A stretch of DNA of 64,000 nucleotides, taken from NCBI GenBank assembly GCA_965116925.1, contig OZ220744.1:1792001-1856000 (forward strand), in the 5' to 3' direction. The translations under genes were made by a program, and so were the position numbers. Source of the DNA: Candidatus Poribacteria bacterium. Lineage in GTDB: Bacteria > Poribacteria > WGA-4E > PCPOR2b. Below the pieces are notes generated by a model. The model saw nothing but the letters and a program-made list of their open reading frames with translations. It ran no database searches and had not been told where the DNA came from. Of this stretch, positions 48,792-59,209 are shown piece by piece; within the stretch, counting starts at the first letter, position 1, and each line of letters opens with the position of its first letter.

Positions 48792-49577
48792 TTAGGCATC
48801 ATCTTGGATTGCACTGATTTCATCTTTGGAGATCTTGTGGACGCTTTTGGGATTAAATGTCTGCGTTGTTCCGGATCTCAGTGCGACTTCAATCCTTCCG
48901 CCCGTCAACACAAAAAACTGAATTAGAAATCCGCCTCCTTGCATCGACTCGACTTGATATTGATCTGCCGCTAATCCATCAACCCATGTCGGGAGTGCAT
49001 CCGCAAAGTCGGGGTGATCCATCACCTCTTGCGGCAATGCGATGATCAGTGTTCCGGGTTCGTCGCCTATGGCATCTGCAATCACTGTTCGGGTGCCGAC
49101 CATAAAACGCACAACTATGTCTGCGTAATCAAAATCGCTTACACCGGCGTGATCCGGTGGGACAATTCCCCATGTCAAATGATGGATGAACGGATTGCCG
49201 TACCCCTGACTCAGCATGTGGTTTAACGCTTGATCGTCAACAGGATGGACGACCGCAACATAATCGAACCAACCGTTGCCGCGCTCTAGACTATCTTCTG
49301 GTAACCTTGCTGAAACGTTGATGTAGTCGCACTCATCTACCGGCGAGGGATAGCAACGGGCATCCCAACCGGAGACATAGCCGAGTTGTTTTAAGGGGCC
49401 CGCGACAATATACGGTGGGTCACAAAAGATTGCTGCGTGATCCAGATTGGGATGTAATTGAACCCCCGCCGCCGTGACTTTTTGGGCGACTTCTGACGCT
49501 TCTGTAAATCGCTGTGGTGCATTTTCGATGGTGAGGTAATCTCCGAAATCATCAGGTAGAATCGCTGAATTTCCCAT
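48792..49577 (-). CDS. Hypothetical protein, possible VOC/HPPD-like metalloenzyme
   Basis: LDHAA, IHHLT and FLIQFF...RIEVALR pattern. AAGGAGG RBS. Confidence 0.55.
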   Translation of the reverse strand: MGNSAILPDDFGDYLTIENAPQRFTEASEVAQKVTAAGVQLHPNLDHAAIFCDPPYIVAGPLKQLGYVSGWDARCYPSPVDECDYINVSARLPEDSLERGNGWFDYVAVVHPVDDQALNHMLSQGYGNPFIHHLTWGIVPPDHAGVSDFDYADIVVRFMVGTRTVIADAIGDEPGTLIIALPQEVMDHPDFADALPTWVDGLAADQYQVESMQGGGFLIQFFVLTGGRIEVALRSGTTQTFNPKSVHKISKDEISAIQDDA

Positions 49578-49684
49578 GATAAACCTCCTTGGTAAATTAT
49601 TGATTGATATTGGTAATTTTCAGCATAATACCACAAAATTAGAACCTTTGCAAGTTTCACTTGCCCCCATTTTTTTGTGAGGGG

Positions 49685-50431
49685 TTATTGTGAGACGTAC
49701 CGACTATACCAGTCGAGTATCGCCACCAGATACATAAACCCGTTGCTCATCAGGATATAAGTAATGTCAGCCGACCAAACCTCATTGGCAGCGGTCACCT
49801 CATAATCCCGTAATAGGTACGGGTAAACCCGATGCTCACTGTCAATGGCTGAGCGTTTCGGTTTGGGATAAATTGCTTCTATCCCCATCAAACGCATCAG
49901 TCGTTGGATACGTTTGCAATTCACACGATAGCCAAGCTGCTTGAGATGTTCTGTCATTCGACGACTCCCATAGAAGGGGGTTTGCGTATACTGCTGATCT
50001 ATTAGCCTCATCAGATGCAGATTCTCTACTGACTCTGTAGCCGGTTGACAGTAGAGGATCGACCGGGAAAAACCGAGCAACTCACACTGACGACGAATAC
50101 TCAATTGGGGGTGGTCGGGTTCAACGAGTTTACATCTCTGTTCAACCGCTTGAGGCAGCTTTTTTTTCAACCAATCCAATTCCATATTCAGCCGACCGAT
50201 TTGCTCATACAGACTGGACTCTCTGTCATTTTGCTCACGCTGTCGCTTGGTGGGGGTAGTCGCGAAAATATCGCTCCCCTGTCGAAGCAACTGTTTCTTC
50301 CATTGGCTGATTTGACTGGGATGCAACTGGTGCTCACTTGCCAATTGGTTGATAGTTTTATCCGACTTGATAGCTTCGATGGCTATTTGAAACTTGAACT
50401 TCGCTGTATGACGAATCCGTTGGGTTGACAT
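49685..50431 (-). pseudogene. IS3 family transposase, OrfA-OrfB in frame, truncated in the integrase core
   Basis: HTH OrfA, LDWLKKK junction, YGSRR, and WSADITY...YLVAILDWYSR followed by a stop. Confidence 0.9.
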
Positions 50432-50630
50432 ATTCAGACCTCCATGTCTGGCTGTCAGTTAGACGGTAAATCTTACTTAACTCATGGCCCGAATATTGGG
50501 GTCCATTATACTGTTTGTAACCAAGCTCTTGCGCTATGGGAGTAAAAGATGGTAAACTTGCTGCGCTATCATCCATGCAAGTATTACACATTTCATACGG
50601 AATCCGGCTAACGACTAAAGGAGAATTGAT

Positions 50631-51626
50631 ATGGCATTACGGGTGGCAGTTATCGGGATGCGGGGGATTGGGAACACACACGCTAACGTCTATCAGGAAC
50701 ACGCAGAGACATCATTGGTCGCTGTGTGCGATATGGTCAAAGAGCGTGCAGACGAATCGGCACAAAGGCTTGGAGTCAAAGCATATTACAGCGTTCCATC
50801 GCTCTTAGAAAATGAGACACTTGACGCTGTCAGTGTTGCGACAGGGGGTTTTGAAAACGGTGGGGCGCATTTCGAGCCAACGATGCAGGCACTTGAGGCT
50901 GGACTGCATGTGCTATGTGAAAAGCCGCTGTCTAACGATGTCGCTCGCGCACGGGAGATGGTCAACAAGGCAAAAGAGAAGAACGTCTGTTTGGGAACGA
51001 ATCTCAATCACCGCTTCACGCCGTTAGCGTTGCAAGCGAAGGAATGGGTAACGGACGGCAAGCTAGGGGATTTGCTCTTCATAAACATGGCGCTGTGGAT
51101 CGAAAATCCGAATGAGACCTCCCCGTTCTTCCATTTCAGAGCCTTACACCCGCATTCGCTCGACGTGATGATGTACTTCTGCGGTGAGGTGGAGAAGGTA
51201 CATGCCTTTGCAGTACGCGCACCGGGACGGCAAAATTGGAGCAACGCTTCGATTAATCTCAAGTTTAAGAACGGTGTAGTTGGACACCTCAGTGGTAGTT
51301 ATGATGCGGGACGTCTGAATGAGCGGTGTGAGGTCGCGGGAACAAATGGACAGTTTGTCCTTGATGGGGTGTTTGAGAAGCTAACTTTCTTCCCTCGACA
51401 GGGTGACGAAGTTGAAGAGTATTTCAATCCACCGTTGGGAGCGGAGGGACACATGGACTCTTTCGCGGATACCTTCTCAACACGAATTGGTGCGTGGATT
51501 CAACAGCTTGTGGATGGGGTTTCGCCCGATGAAATTGATGCTTCCGGTGCCGCGGGACTTGCGGCGCAGGAAATCATCGAGGCAGCCATTAAATCGTTTC
51601 AGACCGATACGGTCGTAACTCTATAG
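50631..51626 (+). CDS. Gfo/Idh/MocA family oxidoreductase
   Basis: N-terminal Rossmann fold, HVLCEKP and HSLD motifs. Confidence 0.9.
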   Translation: MALRVAVIGMRGIGNTHANVYQEHAETSLVAVCDMVKERADESAQRLGVKAYYSVPSLLENETLDAVSVATGGFENGGAHFEPTMQALEAGLHVLCEKPLSNDVARAREMVNKAKEKNVCLGTNLNHRFTPLALQAKEWVTDGKLGDLLFINMALWIENPNETSPFFHFRALHPHSLDVMMYFCGEVEKVHAFAVRAPGRQNWSNASINLKFKNGVVGHLSGSYDAGRLNERCEVAGTNGQFVLDGVFEKLTFFPRQGDEVEEYFNPPLGAEGHMDSFADTFSTRIGAWIQQLVDGVSPDEIDASGAAGLAAQEIIEAAIKSFQTDTVVTL

Positions 51627-51647
51627 CCACCGATTGGGCAGCCTTAC

Positions 51648-52337
51648 CTAAACTGTAAATTCTAGCTTGCTCTCTTCTCCGTCACGTATCGCTGCATAGT
51701 GTTCCTCGAAATTCAACATCTCGAACAGGCTGGCACCTGCTGCCATCTGCTCTAGCATCAAATCTTCCTTCCGCTGAATTTCCTCAGCAATTGGAATCGC
51801 TGCTGCCAGTTCGCCAATAGATCCGACAATAAGCCCATCGTCGTCCCCGAAGATAATATCCCCCGGATTCACGATAACGCCGCCGCAGGTAACCGAAATT
51901 TGCGTCTCGAAGATCTTATGAGTTGTGCCCGCTATTGGATTGAAGGATCGCGCATAGTAGGGGACATCTAAAGTTCTAATCGTTTTGGTATCACGGCAGG
52001 GACCATCTATGACGATGCCCGCTAACCCCTTCCGCGCTGCTTCTGTGGGGAACAGTTCACCCGCCACCGCACGACGACTCCCCTGAGTATCAATCACAAG
52101 TACCTCCCCCGGCTCGGCGTCCCGCAATCCTTTGATTACTGTAAGAAAGTCTTCATGGCAGGTCACCGTGTGTGCCCGCCCGACAAGTTTGAGTCCGGTT
52201 CGGACAGGACGAATGGCGGGATCGATAACCCTTAATTCTGTAACCGCGGGGTCAGCAGATTGCCCTGCCTTATTACCATCACATACGCAGGCGGTATCGA
52301 GTGCCAACAGACGCCGCTTAATCTCTTCAAAGTTCAT
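51648..52337 (-). CDS. RraA family protein (HMG aldolase-like)
   Basis: PGEVLVID, GEL, GIVIDGPCRD and PGDIIFGDDDG motifs. Confidence 0.9.
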   Translation of the reverse strand: MNFEEIKRRLLALDTACVCDGNKAGQSADPAVTELRVIDPAIRPVRTGLKLVGRAHTVTCHEDFLTVIKGLRDAEPGEVLVIDTQGSRRAVAGELFPTEAARKGLAGIVIDGPCRDTKTIRTLDVPYYARSFNPIAGTTHKIFETQISVTCGGVIVNPGDIIFGDDDGLIVGSIGELAAAIPIAEEIQRKEDLMLEQMAAGASLFEMLNFEEHYAAIRDGEESKLEFTV

Positions 52338-52440
52338 TAAAATTTTCGCAGTGGGGATCCCCTTTTTTGGCTGGGGGAGAAAACTGCGTCTCCTTTCTTC
52401 ATGTTGTGTCTACATAAACAACTGCTGTTGTTCTTCGTAC

Positions 52441-53695
52441 TAGGGCAATCGCATATAAAAAAATCTTGACAATGTAGTGAATAGAGGTAATGTATAGGGT
52501 ATCCCATAAAGCAAAGGAGTGTTTGAAATGTCTGATACCCCCATTGCCTCAATTGAATCCCATTTTTCTGAGTTACCCGACCCCCGAACCGACACGCACC
52601 GCATTCGTCATAAACTAACGGATATGGTTGTGATAGCCATCAGTGCGGTTATCTGTGGTGCCGATAGCTGGGTGACGGTTGAATCGTTTGGACACGCGAA
52701 GTTTAAGTGGCTATCGGGTTTATTGAACTTACCCAACGGTATCCCGTCGCATGACACGTTTAGTCGCGTGTTTGGTTTACTTGACTCGGTCGCCTTTGAG
52801 CACTGTTTCATCAATTGGATAAAGCAAGTTATCGAAATGACAGATGGTCAAGTGGTTGCTGTTGATGGTAAATACCTCCGTCGGTCTTATGATACGGCGA
52901 CCGACCCAAGTCTGATTGGCTTGGTCAGTGCATGGGCATCGTCACAATCGGTGACCTTGGGACAACTGAGAGTCGCTGACCATTCCAATGAAATCCCCGC
53001 CATTCCGCAATTACTGGAGATGTTAGCCATCTCCGGGTGTATTGTGACTACCGATGCGATGGGGTGTCACCCACGAATTGCTCAACAGATTGTGGATGCC
53101 GATGCCGATTATGTATTGGCATTGAAAGCGAATCAAGGCCAACTCCATGAAGATGTCAAACTGCTGTTCGATGGCATTGCCGATAATCAGTTACCCGATG
53201 TGCAGACCGACACCACTCAGACCATTGATGGCGACCACGGTCGGATTGAGACCCGAACTGCTATCACTGTTTCTGACCCTGAAGTGATTGCACCATTGAG
53301 AGGCAGTGAGACCTTTGTCAATCTCAACTCAGTGGTCAAGGTCATCGCAGAACGGGAACAGAATGAAAAGACAACGGTCAAGACCCGATACTATATCTCC
53401 TCGTTATCGGCAGATGCCGTCCAATTGCTTGACGCTATCCGCACCCACTGGTCTATTGAAAACTCATGCCATTGGGTGTTAGATGTCGCATTTGATGAAG
53501 ATGGCTGTCGTATCCGTAAAAACAATGGCAGTCAAAACTTTGCCATACTCCGACGCATTGCACTCAACTTACTCAAGGGAGAACCAACAGCCAAGGTTGG
53601 TGTTGCCGCCAAAAGGTTGAAAGCCGCATGGGACACCGACTACTTAACTACCGTGCTCGCTACCCTCTTCTAAAATCTTATATGCGATTGCCCTA
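52441..53695 (+). mobile_element. ISAs1 family insertion sequence, complete
   Basis: Perfect 18-bp TIR TAGGGCAATCGCATATAA. 10-bp TSD TTCTTCGTAC at 52431-52440 and 53696-53705. Confidence 0.97.
52528..53673 (+). CDS. ISAs1 family transposase
   Basis: DPR, GIPSHDT, VDGK, SNEI, DAMGC, HGRIE and HWSIEN...HWVLDV motifs. Confidence 0.97.
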   Translation: MSDTPIASIESHFSELPDPRTDTHRIRHKLTDMVVIAISAVICGADSWVTVESFGHAKFKWLSGLLNLPNGIPSHDTFSRVFGLLDSVAFEHCFINWIKQVIEMTDGQVVAVDGKYLRRSYDTATDPSLIGLVSAWASSQSVTLGQLRVADHSNEIPAIPQLLEMLAISGCIVTTDAMGCHPRIAQQIVDADADYVLALKANQGQLHEDVKLLFDGIADNQLPDVQTDTTQTIDGDHGRIETRTAITVSDPEVIAPLRGSETFVNLNSVVKVIAEREQNEKTTVKTRYYISSLSADAVQLLDAIRTHWSIENSCHWVLDVAFDEDGCRIRKNNGSQNFAILRRIALNLLKGEPTAKVGVAAKRLKAAWDTDYLTTVLATLF

Positions 53696-53830
53696 TTCTT
53701 CGTACCCTTTAGTGATTCTATTTGAGTCTGTTTTATGATATACTAAAAGTTGATAAATGGAAGAAGTTATTCCCATATTGATATCTATGACAACAGAACT
53801 CCAGTGGCAATCGCCAAAGGAGGTGGAGCC

Positions 53831-54367
53831 GTGTCGTTCAATCATCTGCTTGATATATATTTCTTCGTTTCTTTTCTCTTTGTCTTGGTGATGTTTCCGC
53901 CCTATCTCTTCTGGCGGAGGAGAACCAGAGGGCAGATTTTGTACCACCTACCTAGATCAAGATTCTACAGAGGATTCTTGGGCTTTGTAGTCGTGGTCTC
54001 AACAATTGGCATACTTGTGCGAATTATTTTGATGCCAAACGATAGCGGAGTGTCTGCATTGGAGTTATCGCCCACATTATTGGGGCTAACATTCGGCCTA
54101 TATTCTCTGTTCCCTGCAAACCGATTTGAAATTAGAGAGGCAGGTATTTCCTTACAGGAACGCTTTATAAAGTGGAAAGACCTATACGCCTTCCAATGGA
54201 AAGAGGAAGGGGACTATAAACTCGGCTTGGGGGTAGAGGCGTATATCCTCGGCTTGAATGTGTCAGGCGACAGGTTCCCACAGTGGCTTGAGGGGTACAA
54301 ATTTCAACCGAATCAACGTGAAGACATTGATAAGCTATTGTCCCAATACCTCCCGAAAGCGGCTTGA
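53831..54367 (+). CDS. Hypothetical membrane protein
   Basis: AGGAGG RBS before GTG. Three TM segments, then EIREAGI...IKW. Confidence 0.6.
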   Translation: MSFNHLLDIYFFVSFLFVLVMFPPYLFWRRRTRGQILYHLPRSRFYRGFLGFVVVVSTIGILVRIILMPNDSGVSALELSPTLLGLTFGLYSLFPANRFEIREAGISLQERFIKWKDLYAFQWKEEGDYKLGLGVEAYILGLNVSGDRFPQWLEGYKFQPNQREDIDKLLSQYLPKAA

Positions 54368-54384
54368 CGTGCCATATTGGTTTC

Positions 54385-55224
54385 TCAAGAAATTGGGCGA
54401 AGGTTTGAATAAGCCTCCCGAGCGTATTGTGGAAACAGTTCATCGTGGATCTCGACGCACTGCCAAAGATGAACCTTCCGTTTCTCATCGGCGGTATCGA
54501 GTATGAGCGGATGATACATGCTGGCACCGGTATCGACGTTGTAACCACCGGGGGAATGAATACTCAAATACTGGCGCAAGGTCTTAAGATCTGGCTCGGT
54601 TGTACAGTGACGGGTCAGGTTCATGGTGAACATCCGTCGCCGTTTGCCACCACCGAAGGACGCATGATAGGTGTCGTGGTTGAAGATGACTAGATCACCC
54701 GGATTCGTCTCCAACGCAACGCTGCCGGGAAAGTCCTGTGGTGGAACACCGAAAAGTTCTTCCGATTCGTTCGGATTTATCTTTTCCGCTCTCACAAAAT
54801 GCTCCGGACACTGGCTGCCGGGGATAACTCGCAGACAACCGGTGTCCGCTGTCAACGGATCAAGGTAAAATGCAATCTTGCAGGAAAAGAGCTGCCCCCA
54901 ATTGCCATCCGGGTGCCAACCTGTGTCACCGGTATAGTAATTACCGTCTCCGCTGGCGTAGTTAAAATCCTCCCCCAAAACCCCACCAGCAACACCAAGC
55001 ACGCGCGGATCGTCTAGCAACGAGCAAAGCCTTGGGCGATGCTCGATAGGTCCGCCGAACATAGTTCGCTTTGAGCCATCGTGCGCCTTACCTTCCCCGA
55101 AATTTTGGATGGAGAAATCAAATTCTTCGGTAATCCAAGCGACCTCGTCGGACGAAAAGAGGCTAGGAAACGCTAGGTAGCCAAAGGTATTAAAAAAATT
55201 GACCTGTTGTTCGGTGAGTTTCAT
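54385..55224 (-). CDS. Phytanoyl-CoA dioxygenase family protein
   Basis: FGYL, WHPD, GCLRVIPGS and PGDLVIFNH...H...RR motifs. Confidence 0.88.
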   Translation of the reverse strand: MKLTEQQVNFFNTFGYLAFPSLFSSDEVAWITEEFDFSIQNFGEGKAHDGSKRTMFGGPIEHRPRLCSLLDDPRVLGVAGGVLGEDFNYASGDGNYYTGDTGWHPDGNWGQLFSCKIAFYLDPLTADTGCLRVIPGSQCPEHFVRAEKINPNESEELFGVPPQDFPGSVALETNPGDLVIFNHDTYHASFGGGKRRRMFTMNLTRHCTTEPDLKTLRQYLSIHSPGGYNVDTGASMYHPLILDTADEKRKVHLWQCVEIHDELFPQYAREAYSNLRPIS

Positions 55225-55290
55225 GGAATCCCTCCAGAGTATGAAGTCAAGGCTCATATAAAAAGAAAGTGCAAAATACCGAAAGAAACC

Positions 55291-55320
55291 GTAGGCGGGG
55301 CATCTGGTTTCCCCGCCTGC
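55291..55320. repeat. GTAG REP-like hairpin
   Basis: gtaggcggggcatctggtttccccgcctgc. Confidence 0.65.
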
Positions 55321-55379
55321 CTGTGCCAAAAACTAGTTTCTGTTACACGCTTTCTTAATATCAGCCAAAGTCAATGGGT

Positions 55380-56441
55380 TTATGTGCGTTTCTCCTGTTC
55401 TGGGAACGGTCTCCGGATATCGTAAGGGTCTTCCGTCAGTTCAGGGAAAACACCCTCCTTTATCAGCAGCTCAAGTGGCGATTCGCTGGTTTCGAGCGGC
55501 ATCGTGACCACATTTTTGATCCGCAGTGACTCGTAGATCGCCATCATGATCTCCATCGTATACCGTCCCTGTCGACCTGTGCTTCGATGTGAATCAATTT
55601 TTCCCTCCATCCAATCAATTAACTCCTGGTACTGATCTATCGGCTCCGGGCGCGGCTGAATCTCCTGCCAACCGCCCGCTCGGTTGTTCTGAAGCAGCAC
55701 AGTCCCATCGTCTCCCATTTTGATTTGTCCATCTGTACCTGCCACTACTGCTGCCGAGACTACCGGTTCAGGCAGGTCGCTTTCATAGATACCACGCGCG
55801 CCGCCTTCAAAGCAGATCAATCCCATACATAGATCTTCGCACAGTGTGCGACGTTCCCATCGGTTGGTAGTGCGAGAAACCTGACCAATCACCCAGAGCG
55901 TTTCCGGATCTGACAGATAGTATCGCATCCGATCAATGGCGTGCGTACCGATATTGAGCAAACCAGCATTCGGTTTTGACCTCTGATGGAGCAACGTCGG
56001 TTGACCGATAGCACCGTCTTGGATAAGCCTTCGGATCTCGGTGTTTGCCGGGCTGAAGCGTCCATTATGCCCGATGACTAGCTTCGCACCATACTCCTCG
56101 CACACAGCAATCATAGTATCCGCTTCCCCTAAAGACGCGGCCATCGGTTTTTCACCAAGAATCCCTTTGACTCCTGCTTTTGCCGCGGCAACGGTGATCT
56201 CAGCGCGAACTCCCTGCCATGTCGTGATGCTCACAATATCGAGCGCTTCTTTTTCTAGCATCTGATTATAGTCGGTATATACAGCGGGAACAGAGAATTC
56301 ATCGGCAAGGCGTTTTGCTGATTCCGCGTTCACATCCATTGCTGCAACCAATTCTGTCGCTGGATTTTGGTTGTAAGCAGTTGAATGAGCACGTCCCATC
56401 CCGCCACAGCCAATAATGCCAGTACGATAAGTTTTAGCCAT
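55380..56441 (-). CDS. Gfo/Idh/MocA family oxidoreductase
   Basis: GCGGMG, GEKP and GTHAID motifs. Confidence 0.9.
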   Translation of the reverse strand: MAKTYRTGIIGCGGMGRAHSTAYNQNPATELVAAMDVNAESAKRLADEFSVPAVYTDYNQMLEKEALDIVSITTWQGVRAEITVAAAKAGVKGILGEKPMAASLGEADTMIAVCEEYGAKLVIGHNGRFSPANTEIRRLIQDGAIGQPTLLHQRSKPNAGLLNIGTHAIDRMRYYLSDPETLWVIGQVSRTTNRWERRTLCEDLCMGLICFEGGARGIYESDLPEPVVSAAVVAGTDGQIKMGDDGTVLLQNNRAGGWQEIQPRPEPIDQYQELIDWMEGKIDSHRSTGRQGRYTMEIMMAIYESLRIKNVVTMPLETSESPLELLIKEGVFPELTEDPYDIRRPFPEQEKRT

Positions 56442-56544
56442 TGGTTTACCTCATCTTTCGGTGATTTCTTGTTAGGATTTGCGAAAAATGTCTACTCTCT
56501 CTTTATCTGAATGGTGGATGCCATCCTTCCAAAGGGCAGTCAGT

Positions 56545-57663
56545 CTAGCCAAAGCGATCTAGTCGGAATTTTTCGATCGGATAATCTGTTTTGCCGTCAG
56601 CAGCAAGTTCAGCGAGAATCTTGCCGACAATGGTTGAAAACTTGAAGCCGTGTCCTGAGAACCCTGCTCCGACAAAGATGTTTGAATTCAGCGGATGATG
56701 CCCGATAAGAAAGTCATTGTCTGGAGTGAGCGTATACATACAAGTCGAGCCTTGGACGAAGGAAGGGTTGACGCCGGGCATAATTGTCCTGAGCCACTGC
56801 TCCAACGCATCCTGTACATCCAAGTCCAGCTCCCGATCAACCGTTTCAGGGGAGGTCACGGGTCCATGCCCGTCATCAGCTATCTTGATTCCGGGGCCAT
56901 AGTAGGGGAAGCCGTAGTAGTGCAGGTCGTAGTCCGCGTAGACAGGCAGACGGTCTGGTTGATACAACGCCTCTCCGTCCTGCGGCTGGAAGTAAAATTT
57001 CTGCTGCCGTGTCACCTCAAGCGGCAGCGAAAGATCTTTGAGCAGCTGTGAAGCCCACGGTCCGGGGGCAACAATAAGTCTTTTGCAGCGATAGGTGCCT
57101 GCTGATGTTTTAATTTCAGGCTGTTCTTTGCTGATGTCGATATGATGCACGCTCACCCCACTATGAACTGTCCCCCCAAAACGTTCAGCTTGCGATACAT
57201 GGGTGCGAACACAACGGCTTGGGTTCAGGAAGCCTGAGTCCGGTGTTAGGCAGGCGACTGTGCCTGTCGGGAGTTGAAGTGCTGGAAATCGGGTGGCAAC
57301 CTCTTCAGTCGTCAATACCTCGTGTAACGTTTTCGTTTCCTCCATGACACGGAAATTCTGATCAAGTCGCTCATTCCCCGGTTTGGCAAAGGCTAGCATA
57401 CCGTTAGGGATAAGCAGTTGCTCACCAGAAAGCGTCTCTAATTCCTGCCACAGCGGAAGGGCAGCTTTTACCAAGGTCACATATGTGGGGTCGTCATAAA
57501 AGACTCGGAATGCCCGTGAGTGGCCGTGAGAACTGCCGTGCGTATGACCAACGGAGTATTGATCTATGCCAACCGGTGCTGCACCTTGACGAGCAAGATG
57601 ATACAGAGCAGCACTCCCCATTGCACCCAAGCCGACGACCAGAATTTCCGCATCTCGGTACAT
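56545..57663 (-). CDS. solA: Monomeric sarcosine oxidase / N-methyl-amino-acid oxidase family
   Basis: GLGAMG, GSSHGHSR, CMYT (FAD-linking Cys) and GFSGHGFKF motifs. Confidence 0.9.
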   Translation of the reverse strand: MYRDAEILVVGLGAMGSAALYHLARQGAAPVGIDQYSVGHTHGSSHGHSRAFRVFYDDPTYVTLVKAALPLWQELETLSGEQLLIPNGMLAFAKPGNERLDQNFRVMEETKTLHEVLTTEEVATRFPALQLPTGTVACLTPDSGFLNPSRCVRTHVSQAERFGGTVHSGVSVHHIDISKEQPEIKTSAGTYRCKRLIVAPGPWASQLLKDLSLPLEVTRQQKFYFQPQDGEALYQPDRLPVYADYDLHYYGFPYYGPGIKIADDGHGPVTSPETVDRELDLDVQDALEQWLRTIMPGVNPSFVQGSTCMYTLTPDNDFLIGHHPLNSNIFVGAGFSGHGFKFSTIVGKILAELAADGKTDYPIEKFRLDRFG

Positions 57664-57689
57664 CTGATTACCCCTCCTTACTGACCAAT

Positions 57690-58616
57690 TTAATCAAAGC
57701 CGTAGACACGCATCGCATTTTCTCCGAGGATCATCGCTTGTTCATCGGGGGACAATGACTGTGTATGCAGTTTTGCCAATCTAAGCAGTTGTGGATAGTT
57801 TAAGTGACGCAGCAATCCCGGCAGATCCGTGCCCCATAAGATTTTTGAAGGTCCAATCCGTTCAAGCGCAAGATGGAGATACCGCTCCGCAGCTGGATAG
57901 GGAAAATCCTCGTCCGGCAGATAGGCTGGCAAAGCGGCGGTATCAAACCACACATTGGGCAGCTGTCCGAGATCAATCTGTTCCTGCCATAAGCCCCAGT
58001 GTTTCATATCTACTTCTGCCGATGGATTCGGCTGCCCCAGATGCGCAATAACAATCCGCAGATCCGGATGCCCCTCTGCAATGGTTCGCACGGCACCGGT
58101 CTGATAAGAGCGGCTGCCTATAGCTCCCAAGTCGAGGGTCAGCACCAATCCGCAGCCTTCAAGTTCGTTCCAGAGCCAAGCAATATCGGGCATATCAAGC
58201 CTAGCATTGGGGTGCAAGCCACAAAGTCCAGTCGGCTCAGAACATTCTAGTTTGACCACTCGAAAGCCCGAAGACGCGATAAGGTTCTCAAAATCTTGGC
58301 GAACCTTCGTCTCCCATGGATCGAAATATGCTGCGCCGACGAGGCGGTCTGGGTAGCGGTCCAGTGCCTCGAGCACATACGAATTGCACTCCCCATAAAA
58401 CGGTCCTTGGAGCAGCACCGCTTTGTCAACACCCGCCCAATCCATGTTTGCTATAAGCATTTCAGGGGTGAATACGGTTTTTTCGTTATATGGTGGCAGC
58501 AGTTGAGTTTCTTCATCACCGACAGTAATGCGGCCATAACCCGGTCCACGGGTGGAACCCCTACCCGTTGCACCGCGGACTTCGGGAAAAATGTGGGCAT
58601 GTGCGTCAATAATCAT
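57690..58616 (-). CDS. Amidohydrolase_2 family protein
   Basis: IDAHAH, AHLG and WGTD motifs. Confidence 0.88.
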   Translation of the reverse strand: MIIDAHAHIFPEVRGATGRGSTRGPGYGRITVGDEETQLLPPYNEKTVFTPEMLIANMDWAGVDKAVLLQGPFYGECNSYVLEALDRYPDRLVGAAYFDPWETKVRQDFENLIASSGFRVVKLECSEPTGLCGLHPNARLDMPDIAWLWNELEGCGLVLTLDLGAIGSRSYQTGAVRTIAEGHPDLRIVIAHLGQPNPSAEVDMKHWGLWQEQIDLGQLPNVWFDTAALPAYLPDEDFPYPAAERYLHLALERIGPSKILWGTDLPGLLRHLNYPQLLRLAKLHTQSLSPDEQAMILGENAMRVYGFD

Positions 58617-58636
58617 GGGCAAGCCTATCCTTACTT

Positions 58637-59197
58637 CTATTCCAGATTGGCGTGTCTCGTAAACATTGACTCCGGCGTTTTTCCGGTTTTCCTCATTAGC
58701 AGGAGGACGACCGCATCCAAAGTCAGCAGCAGACTCTGTTCAAACAGAGATCCCATTGGCTGCACTGAGCGAAAACCGAGATCTCTGTTGACTTTTGGTG
58801 AGGGGGCAGGGATGGTAAGAACCACTTTTGCCAGTTTCCCAATCGGTGAGTTTTCGTCGATGGTGATAAGGCAGATGGTCGCACCGATTGCATGTGCTTT
58901 GTTGGCACTAGTCACCAAGCTGTCAGTGGAACCCGAACCCGAACCAATCAGCAGCACATCCTTATCCGTGATGCTAGGGGTTACGGTTTCTCCCACGACA
59001 TAAATATCAAAGCCCATGTGCATCAAGCGCATCGCAAAACTCTTCATCGCCAAACCGGATCTGCCAGCTCCCGCGACAAAGATTGTTTCGGCAGCCAAGA
59101 TCGCATCAGCTAATTTTTCCGCCGAATCATTGCAGACATGCCCCACAGTTTCGCCAAGTTCGTCAAGTATCTGGCTGATATATGCCTGTAGCTTCAC
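58637..59197 (-). CDS. hxlB: 6-phospho-3-hexuloisomerase
   Basis: GAGRSG, FAMRLMH, QPMGSLFEQ and C-terminal RHANLE. Confidence 0.95.
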   Translation of the reverse strand: MKLQAYISQILDELGETVGHVCNDSAEKLADAILAAETIFVAGAGRSGLAMKSFAMRLMHMGFDIYVVGETVTPSITDKDVLLIGSGSGSTDSLVTSANKAHAIGATICLITIDENSPIGKLAKVVLTIPAPSPKVNRDLGFRSVQPMGSLFEQSLLLTLDAVVLLLMRKTGKTPESMFTRHANLE

Positions 59198-59209
59198 CGA
59201 TGTCCCTTT

